32,531 bases of DNA from Planctomycetota bacterium (GTDB taxonomy: Bacteria; Planctomycetota; MHYJ01; JACQXL01), in NCBI GenBank assembly GCA_016208805.1, contig JACQXL010000073.1:1-32531 (forward strand), read 5' to 3'. The translations under genes were made by a program, and so were the position numbers. The notes under the pieces are model-generated. The model worked only from the letters and a program-made list of their open reading frames with translations, was not told the origin of the DNA and searched no databases. Below are positions 5,479 to 13,100 of this stretch, one piece after another (within the stretch, counting starts at the first letter, position 1; each line of letters opens with the position of its first letter).

Positions 5479-8400
5479 ATGAGACTGCGTAATATTCTGG
5501 TAATTGTATTTCTTGCCTATGTGCTCGGGGTTAACATCCTGGCCTTTGTCTTTATGACCTCGGCCTCGTCGGCCAAGGCGAAGATAGCGGACAAAGACCG
5601 GGAGGTGCAGGCGGAAAAGACCCGGCACGAGCAGTCCGAGCAGAAACTGCTGGCCGAGAACAGTCAACTGGCCGAGAAACTGGCCTTGATACAGGATGAC
5701 CGGAACAGCGATAAAAAGACCTATGAAGGGTCGGTGACCCAGGCCGAGAAACTAACCCGTGAGGTTGCCTCATTAAAGAAAGACTTGGAAACGGCCAAGG
5801 CCGAGGCCAAGAAGGCGATGGAAGAAAATATCAGCCTGCAGGCCGAGCTCACTGCCAAGAAAGACGATCTCATCAGGAAGACCCAGTCGGAATTGAGGAG
5901 TAGTTTTGAAATAGAAAAGGCCAAACTCCGTAAGGAGCGCGATGATGCCAAAGAGATAACCGAGCGGACCCAGAACGAGCGCGATACCTTCCGGGCCGAA
6001 CTCCAGCGCACTAAACAGGAGTTATCAGGCCTGCGGGACGAGAAACCGGCCCTGGAGCGTAAAATCACGACACTGGAAAAACAGGCCCGCAACGAGATGG
6101 ACGAGAAGAACAAACTGACCGAGCAACTACGCGATGAACGGGCCAAGACCAATAACCTGACCACCCAGAATGCGGCACTGACCGCCACCAATAATAAACA
6201 GGCCGACCAGATTAAGAACAACGAGAGCCAGATTGCACTGCTGACCAGACAGTCCCGCGATATGCGGGACTCGGCTGCGGCTGCGCAGAAGGATGCGACC
6301 GAATTGATTTCTACGCTTAAGACGCAGGGGTTGAGCCAGGAAACCCAACTCAAGACCGAGAAAACCGAGAAGGTCAAGTATTACGAGCAGGCCAAGAAAC
6401 TGGAAGACCAGATTGCCCTGCTGACCAAGGATAAAGAGGCGTTGGAGAAGACGGTGGCCCGGCTGAATAAAGAGGCCGCGGAAGACAAGGCGGCTGCCAA
6501 GAAGCAGGAAGCGGATGCCAATAAAAAGATTGCGGAATGCGGAGTGCGGAATGCGGATTTAGAAGAGAAACTGGCCAAGAGCGAGGAGCGAGGCGCCAAG
6601 TCAGACGCGCGCGTAGCGAATTTAGAGAAGCAAGTAACCGATGCCAATAAGCGGAATGCGGATTGCGGATTGTCCCTCGTTGCTCGGGATAAACGGATTG
6701 CGGATTTAGAGAAGCAAAACGTCCAGGCAAAGGATGAAATCACTACCGCACTCAAGGAGATAGCCGGTTTGCGGGCTGATAAAAATACCCTGCTGGCCGA
6801 GAAAAACCTGGCCCAGAAGGAGTCGGCCGGTCTCTCCCGCAGTATGCGGGACTCCGCTGCGGCTGCGCAGAAAGAGTTATCTAATGTAAGGGCGCAATTT
6901 TCGGAGCAATCCGGCGCACATAAAAAGGCGTTAGACGAACAGGAAGGCAAACTCAAAGAAGCCAACTCCATAAATGCGGAATGCGGATTGCGGATTGCGG
7001 ATTTGGGAAAACAGTTAGATGATGCCAATAAGCGGAATGCGGATTGCGGATTGTCCCTCGTTGCTCGGGATAAACAGATTGCGGATTTAGAGAAGCAAAA
7101 CGTCCAGGCAAAGGATGAAATCACTACCGCACTCAAGAAAGTGGCCGGTTTAACCAATGATAAAAACACCCTGTTAGCCGAAAAGAACCTCTTAGAGAAA
7201 GAAGCCACCGGCTTGCGTAAGGAGATAGCCAACGTAAAGACCCAACTCTCGGAGCAGGTTGCCACCGCCAGGAAGTCAGCAGACGAAGCAGAGTCCAGGG
7301 TACGTTCCGTGCGGGACGAAGAGACGGCTAAATACAAGAAACTCCAAGCGGATATGGAATCAACCCAAGGTCTGGCCAAGAAAGAAAAGACGGATTTGGA
7401 AGAGTCCAATACCGGGCTCCGGAGGGAAAATACCGACCTGAAAGATACGTTGACCAGGCAGAAAAAGGCAATGGAATTGGTCCAGGCCGACGCGGACAAG
7501 AACCGGACCGAACTGCGTAAAATAACGGACGCGGCCACAGCGGAGTCCCGTCTATGGCGGGATGACCGTGACAAACTCGCTCGGGATAAGGCGAATCTGG
7601 AAGAAACCAAGACGGCTAAAGATGTGGAGATTGCCTCATTAAACGCCAATATCAAGACCCTGGCCGCGTCCAACACAGACGCGCAGAATACCATCCAAAA
7701 GATGAAGGACGAAAACGGCAAGATGAAGGAAGACCTGGCCAAGAGCCAACAGCAAATAACCAAGAGCGCCGAGCAAACAGCCAAATTGTATCAGGTCGGC
7801 TCGGCCAAGGATGCTGAAATTGCCGCGCTTAATGCCGAATTGACCAAGATAAAAGATGAGAACGGAAAGATGTCCCTGCGGGAGGCCGCGCTCAAAGACG
7901 ATTTAGCCAAGAGCGAAAAGAGCAACTCCACATTGCAGGCCGACCTGAAGAATCGGACGCAGATAAACGCAGATTTACAGGATAAATTGACCAAGAGTGA
8001 GGAACGAGTAGCGATGAGCGCGGGGCAACTGGCCAAGGTAGAGGGGAGCAACTCCAAGAGCAAAGAGCAAATTGCCAAACTGGAAGAGTCCAAAACCGCC
8101 AGGGATAAAGAGGTCGTTTCGCTCAATGCCGAACTCGGAAAGATGAAAGATGAAAGCGGAAAGATGAAAGAAGACCTGGCGAAAAGTCAACAGCAAATAG
8201 CCAAGAGTGAGGAGCAGATAACCAATCTTAAGTCCCAGATATCAAGTTTGCAGGTGCAAAACACTTCACTGAATAAGCAACTTACGGAACTGGGCAACGA
8301 TAGTCGTAAGCAGACGACCGACCTGACCGACCGCCTGCGTAAGGAAACCATTGCCAAAGAAGAAATGGTCACCCAGTACCGTTTTGCCACGGACAAGATT

Positions 8401-9678
8401 TCCCTGATGGAGAAAGAGGTCAAGCGGCTGGAAGGGATAAATCAGACCGCAGAAAAGAACTATTATGCGGCCGAGAAGGAGCGCAAACAGGTTGAGACCG
8501 AAAGGGCCAAGTTGGCAGACGATGTAAAGAAGTCGGACGACCAGCGAGCCAAGGCCAAGGAACAAATCGCCGGTCTGCAGGATACCATTGCCAAGGTGAA
8601 AGATGACAGGGATAAGATGTTGGCGGAAAAAACCAGCGCCGAGGGATTAGCAAGCAAGACGGCTAAATCTATGGAAGAACAGACCGCCAAGACGGCTCAG
8701 ACCGTGGCCGGGCTGGAATCGCAGATTGCCGCCCTCAAGACCCAGGTAGCCGATGCCGCCAAAGAGGCCAAGGATAAGGCCCAGGAAGCCGCCAAGGCCA
8801 GGGATGAAAGAGACAAGGCCAAGGAGGATGCCACGCGGGTAACCAAAGAAAACACGGCTTTCAGGGATAAGAACGACCAGGTGTTATTGGACATCTCGGC
8901 GCTCCAGAATAAGATTAAGGCCCAGGAATACGAACTGAACGAGGTCATCCGCAAGGAGCGGGCGGACAAATTCACCGCGGTCAACGACCTCAATACGGCC
9001 AAGGGGACCATCCAGACCCTGACCTGGCAGAACTCGGAACTGACGGCCAAGGTAGATAATGCCACTAAAGCCGAGGCGACCCTGAAGGCACAATTGAAGA
9101 ACCTGGATTCTGATATGCAGGCGGTGATTAAGCAGGAACGGGACGCCAAGAACGCCCTGTCCGCCAAATTGGACGAGTCCGAGGCCAAGGTTAACGGGTT
9201 GATTAAAATAGAGACGGATTTAAGGCAGAGGAATGCCGCCCTGGATAAGGAGATTGTTGCCTTGAAAACCGGTATGGAGCAGAAAATTGCCGATACGATG
9301 AAACAGCGCGAGGCCGAGTATATCAACCAACTCAAGGAGGCCAGGGAGAAAATCAAGTATATGGAAGAGACGATGACCAAGGAGCGTTCGTCCTTCCATT
9401 ATAACTTGGGTATTGCCTATACCCGGAGCCGGTTGTTTGACGATGCCGTGCGCGAGTATCAGCAGGCCCTGACGCTGACACCCAAAGAACCGGCCATTTA
9501 TTACAATATGGGCGTTCTCTATGACGAGTATTTAGACGAGCCGTCCAAGGCCATCTCGGCCTATACCAAATACCTGGAATATGCGCCGCCCGATGCGGCC
9601 GACCGGGATAAGGTTAATAAATGGATAGAGAGTTGCCAGAAACGGATAAAAGAGCCCAAGGGGGGATTTAATAGGTGA
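5479..9678 (+). CDS. Membrane-anchored giant coiled-coil protein with C-terminal TPR repeats
   Basis: ATG at 5479 preceded by AAGGAGG (5466-5472); the ORF-track start at 5458 is an upstream GTG. N-terminal hydrophobic anchor LRNILVIVFLAYVLGVNILAFVFM. About 1,250 residues are K/E/A/L/Q-rich heptad-like sequence with no Pro-rich breaks seen. The C-terminus FHYNLGIAYTRSRLFDDAVREYQQALTLTPKEPAIYYNMGVLYDEY...AISAYTKYLEYAP is TPR-like. Confidence 0.88.
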   Translation: MRLRNILVIVFLAYVLGVNILAFVFMTSASSAKAKIADKDREVQAEKTRHEQSEQKLLAENSQLAEKLALIQDDRNSDKKTYEGSVTQAEKLTREVASLKKDLETAKAEAKKAMEENISLQAELTAKKDDLIRKTQSELRSSFEIEKAKLRKERDDAKEITERTQNERDTFRAELQRTKQELSGLRDEKPALERKITTLEKQARNEMDEKNKLTEQLRDERAKTNNLTTQNAALTATNNKQADQIKNNESQIALLTRQSRDMRDSAAAAQKDATELISTLKTQGLSQETQLKTEKTEKVKYYEQAKKLEDQIALLTKDKEALEKTVARLNKEAAEDKAAAKKQEADANKKIAECGVRNADLEEKLAKSEERGAKSDARVANLEKQVTDANKRNADCGLSLVARDKRIADLEKQNVQAKDEITTALKEIAGLRADKNTLLAEKNLAQKESAGLSRSMRDSAAAAQKELSNVRAQFSEQSGAHKKALDEQEGKLKEANSINAECGLRIADLGKQLDDANKRNADCGLSLVARDKQIADLEKQNVQAKDEITTALKKVAGLTNDKNTLLAEKNLLEKEATGLRKEIANVKTQLSEQVATARKSADEAESRVRSVRDEETAKYKKLQADMESTQGLAKKEKTDLEESNTGLRRENTDLKDTLTRQKKAMELVQADADKNRTELRKITDAATAESRLWRDDRDKLARDKANLEETKTAKDVEIASLNANIKTLAASNTDAQNTIQKMKDENGKMKEDLAKSQQQITKSAEQTAKLYQVGSAKDAEIAALNAELTKIKDENGKMSLREAALKDDLAKSEKSNSTLQADLKNRTQINADLQDKLTKSEERVAMSAGQLAKVEGSNSKSKEQIAKLEESKTARDKEVVSLNAELGKMKDESGKMKEDLAKSQQQIAKSEEQITNLKSQISSLQVQNTSLNKQLTELGNDSRKQTTDLTDRLRKETIAKEEMVTQYRFATDKISLMEKEVKRLEGINQTAEKNYYAAEKERKQVETERAKLADDVKKSDDQRAKAKEQIAGLQDTIAKVKDDRDKMLAEKTSAEGLASKTAKSMEEQTAKTAQTVAGLESQIAALKTQVADAAKEAKDKAQEAAKARDERDKAKEDATRVTKENTAFRDKNDQVLLDISALQNKIKAQEYELNEVIRKERADKFTAVNDLNTAKGTIQTLTWQNSELTAKVDNATKAEATLKAQLKNLDSDMQAVIKQERDAKNALSAKLDESEAKVNGLIKIETDLRQRNAALDKEIVALKTGMEQKIADTMKQREAEYINQLKEAREKIKYMEETMTKERSSFHYNLGIAYTRSRLFDDAVREYQQALTLTPKEPAIYYNMGVLYDEYLDEPSKAISAYTKYLEYAPPDAADRDKVNKWIESCQKRIKEPKGGFNR
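6640..6810 (+). repeat. Internal in-frame duplication in the coiled-coil gene, copy 1
   Basis: GATGCCAATAAGCGGAATGCGGATTGCGGATTGTCCCTCGTTGCTCGGGATAAAC... recurs at 7021-7191. The offset is 381 nt (127 codons). The first ~115 nt differ at one position. Peptide: ANKRNADCGLSLVARDK.IADLEKQNVQAKDEITTALK. Confidence 0.85.
6976..7003 (+). repeat. Heptanucleotide tandem repeat GCGGAAT(GCGGATT)x3 inside the coding sequence
   Basis: Four contiguous 7-nt units are read as NAECGLRIADL. Shorter or imperfect arrays occur at 6532-6559, 6651-6671 and 7032-7052. Confidence 0.9.
7021..7191 (+). repeat. Internal in-frame duplication in the coiled-coil gene, copy 2
   Basis: See 6640-6810. The two copies diverge after about 115 nt (LKEIAGLRADKNTLLAEKNL versus LKKVAGLTNDKNTLLAEKNL). 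Confidence 0.85.
9394..9600 (+). other. TPR repeat region of the coiled-coil protein
   Basis: Two to three units of about 34 residues with the TPR small/large residue pattern (YNLGIAY...A...Y..AL...P; YYNMGVLY...A...Y..YL...P). Confidence 0.7.
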
Positions 9679-9758
9679 GCGACGTTATACGAAACCACAG
9701 ACCGCAGGCACAGATAGACACAGATACGATGAATTATGGGGGTAATGGGCATCCCCAG

Positions 9759-9905
9759 AGGTTTCGGGGACATCCCTACGAGTTAGGGGGAACTCCCCCC
9801 GAGTTAGGGGGAACTCCCCCCGAGTCAGGGGGAACTCCCCCCGAGTTAGGGGGAACTCCCCCCGAGTCAGGAGGGCTTCCCTATGAGTTATAGGGACTTC
9901 CTTCT
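9759..9905. repeat. 21-bp tandem repeat array (GAGTYAGGGGGAACTCCCCCC) with degenerate flanking units
   Basis: Core units at 9780-9800, 9801-9821, 9822-9842 and 9843-9863 are identical except for one T/C position. Degenerate units lie at 9759-9779, 9864-9884 and 9885-9905. Each unit has two mutually exclusive hairpin options, GGGGG-AACT-CCCCC or GAGTT-AGGGGG-AACTC. There are no spacers, so it is not a CRISPR array. Confidence 0.9.
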
Positions 9906-9967
9906 ATTTCCGGATAAATACGGATGTAATCCGTGAAATCCGTGGCTGGGACTCCAGAAAAATCCGT

Positions 9968-10003
9968 GTTACGAAAAGGTAACAAATGTTACGATATCGT
10001 AAC
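9968..10003. promoter_or_regulatory. Paired palindromic sites: GTTAC-N6-GTAAC and a perfect 16-bp palindrome GTTACGATATCGTAAC (candidate operator/UAS)
   Basis: GTTACGAAAAGGTAAC at 9968-9983 and GTTACGATATCGTAAC at 9988-10003. The centre lies about 140 bp upstream of the -24 element at 10138. Confidence 0.4.
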
Positions 10004-10136
10004 AGAACCACCTGTAAACGGATTAAACGGATTGAGCGGATAAGATTTATTTACCACCGGGAAAACCCTGTAAAATCTGCTAAATCCGTTAAATCCGCTT
10101 ACTAAAGCGAAAAAATCCGTGTAATCCGTGGCTGGC

Positions 10137-10152
10137 TGGCACGGGTTTTGCA
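10137..10152 (+). promoter_or_regulatory. Sigma-54 (RpoN) -24/-12 promoter element
   Basis: TGGCACG-GGTT-TTGCA matches the consensus TGGCACG-N4-TTGCW exactly (GG 10138-10139, GC 10150-10151, GG-N10-GC spacing). It sits 13 nt upstream of the giant-ORF ATG (10165). Confidence 0.6.
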
Positions 10153-10164
10153 TATATGTAGTTC

Positions 10165-13100
10165 ATGAGAAATGAGCCACAGATTAAGTTAGGTGGCTGG
10201 CGAGCCGTTAAGTTCATCGGGCTTGCGGCCGGTATCGTCTTTATTGCCTTCCTGCTTGCCTATACGGCCAGCCAGAACTGGCATTTCGTTGACCCGGCCA
10301 CGGACTATGTGCTTGATTCAACCACGGACACCATTTCCGGATTGCCCAATATAGAACTGGTCACCCCCTCTTCCATAGCCCGGCTGACTCTGCATCCGGG
10401 CCGGACCTATACGGCCGAGACCAAGAGCGGCGGGGACTATAACTTTGATAGCGGTCTATACGGGTCATATCTAACTGCAACCGTCCCGGAGAAGGTTGTC
10501 CGGCTGGCTAACTCCGCTAACGGTGGCTACGGCAACTTTGACCCGGCGGCCGGGCTGGCCAGCGGGTCGTTCCTGTCCCGGATATTTGACTCCACCGTAG
10601 CCGGCTCAAACTGGACCAATATCGGCTGGACGGATAAGCGGTCTGAGACGGCTGAGGCATCGGCGGCCCTGACCGCGACTATTTCCGCCCTCTATCGTTT
10701 CAACACGGCACCGGGCATTATAGCCGATTCCGGCACTTATGCCAATACGTTGGCTAACAGCGGCGCGGCGCTCAGCGGGGTCCAGCCGAATGACGCCAAC
10801 GGCGAGGGGTTGTATAACCAGTCTGGCTATTTTAACGGCGCCAGTTATCTTTCAAGGGCAGACGCCGGCTCAACAAATCTTAACTTCGGACAGGATAGTT
10901 TTTCAATGGAATGCTGGGTCAAGACCAGTATGACCGGCAAAGGTCCGATAATAAATAAACGGGCCGCCGTAATTACAGGCACCCTGGGATGGGAAATCGG
11001 GTTGAACTATGATGACACACCGGCAAATGCCGGCAAGCCCTATTTAGCCATTATCTTGCAGGACTATGACGTTGAATTGTCACAGGCGGCCAATTTCCCC
11101 CAGTATCTTTCGGCCGGCAGGCCGGTTAACGATAACCAGTGGCACCATATCGCGGCCTATCGCCAGATAGACCAGATAGCGATATATGTGGACGGTATCT
11201 TTCAAGGCAAGTCAGGGCTGGATAACCCGGCCGCTAACGTAAATAATGCCGCCACAATGTATATCGGCTGGGCGACTGAAACTTATGAAGGAACAACAAC
11301 GAATTACTATTATACCGGTAAACTGGACGAATTAATCCTCTATAAAGGCAGGGTGTTGACAGAATCAGAGATTTTCAGTCGTTATGAACGGGGTTTAGGC
11401 GTGAAATTCAGGGTCAGGGCGAGCGATACGGCCACATCCGGCTGGACGGATGCGGTGCCGGCCTGGTCAGGCGAGATTATCAATTCATCTACAACGCCAT
11501 CAAGCGTAACCACGGTCAGCGGCCGGTATTTCCAGTATCAGGCGGTATTAGAAAGCCGCAACCGCGGCGCCACGCCGATGCTGACCCAGGTGGCAGTTTC
11601 CGGCCCGGCCAGTCCGGCCGATAAGACTGATGACGGCTCACAATCGGTAGAGTTTGACCCGGAGCAGATATATACGAATCCGTGGGGGACGAGCAGACGT
11701 ACGATGACGGTCTATCGGACGGACTATATAAGTGTAAAGCCGAGGACGGACCTAACCGCGGCCCGGGCCGGCACGGAAGATGGCATCACGGCTTTGTGGC
11801 GGTTGGAAGGCAATACTACTGATTTAGCCGGAGGTGATAATCCGGCCATTCTTATGAATAGCCCGGTCTACAGCACGACCGTAGTGGCGCTCAGTCCGTC
11901 CAACACTAATTCTATCCAGTTGGATGGGGTGAATCAGTATCTGACCGCGGCGCATAGCGCCAATATCGCCTTTAAGTATGACCATACACTAGAGGCCTGG
12001 ATATATCCGACTGTTGCCCTTGATGCCTCGGGCTTGCCTTCTCAACTGGCGCCGGCAATGACTATTTTGGACAAAGGCGGCTATAAGGTATGGTGGGATA
12101 ACAAATCGGGCAAGATGCTCTATGAACTGCAGGATGTGACGGCAAAGGGGGTATGGCAGAAGGATAATCTGTTTAAGAATGCTACGGCCAATTTCCAGTC
12201 CGCCACGCCGTATTTTTCAGAGTTGATACAGTGTATGGCGGTCTATCGGGGTAAACTATATGTTGGGGTATCAGGCAATTTTGTTGCGACGACTACTACT
12301 AATGGTGAGGCAAGAATTTATGTCTATGACGGCAAGACATGGGAATTAGCATATGACCCAGTTCCATTAGGTGCATTATTAGACTATGAACGAGTGCTAT
12401 GTATGACAGTTGCTTATGATAGACTATACTGCGGATTAGGGATTACTATTGATGATGGTGACCTTGCCATATTTGATGGCACAAATTGGACTATGAATTA
12501 TGGACTTGATGCTGCAGATTACGAAGGTGTTTATTCGCTGGGTACCTGGAAGGACGGCGGGACAGAGTATCTCTATGCGGGAGTAGGGTATAGCGGTAAC
12601 GATGCTGATGTATATTATATTAACAGCGCCGGCACCTGGACACAGGTTGCAAATAACTTGGGCAATGATGATGCCGTAACAAGTTTGTATGTATTTAAGA
12701 ATAAACTCTATATCGGGACAGGACTTGATAGAGATGAGGCAATTGTCTATCGTTATGATACGCCGCCTACTGTAGCGACTGCACCGGTCACGGTTTATAA
12801 CCCGTCTGCCACCGAGGCGTTAGAGAATGTGCAGTGTATGACCGAATATAATGGTAAGATATATGTGGGGTTTGACGGCAATGCGGCCGGCGATGCGGAC
12901 TACGCAGTCTCTGACTCGGGCGATTCCGGCACCTGGACGCTCTATAAATATAACCAGATTGGCGGGGTCGGCACGTTTGAGGGTATCTATACGATGTTCA
13001 CCTATGACGGCAAGTTATATGCCGGGTTAGGCACATCAGCCGGTGATTGCCAACTCTGGTATACGACAGATGGAACCGGTTGGACGCGCGATGATGACCT

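Noticed and set aside
5473-9380. Many long minus-strand ORFs (for example 6381-7784, 467 aa; 5721-6377; 8697-9380)
   Set aside because: These are Ser/Ala/Leu/Phe-rich shadow frames, as expected opposite a Lys/Glu/Ala-rich coiled-coil gene. The plus-strand ORF has an RBS, a TM anchor and a TPR end.
9780-9863. Possible CRISPR array
   Set aside because: The units are contiguous with no spacers and are only 21 bp long. No cas genes are in the window.
9780-9863. G-quadruplex from the four G5 runs
   Set aside because: The loops would be 16 nt and each G-run has an adjacent complementary C6 run, which favours hairpin or duplex instead. This is not supportable from sequence alone.
9675-9893. 72-aa ORF with ELGGTPPE(L/S)GGTPP repeats
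   Set aside because: The peptide repeat is simply the translation of the 21-bp DNA tandem array. The ORF has a GTG start overlapping the upstream stop and no RBS, so I treat it as non-coding repeat DNA.
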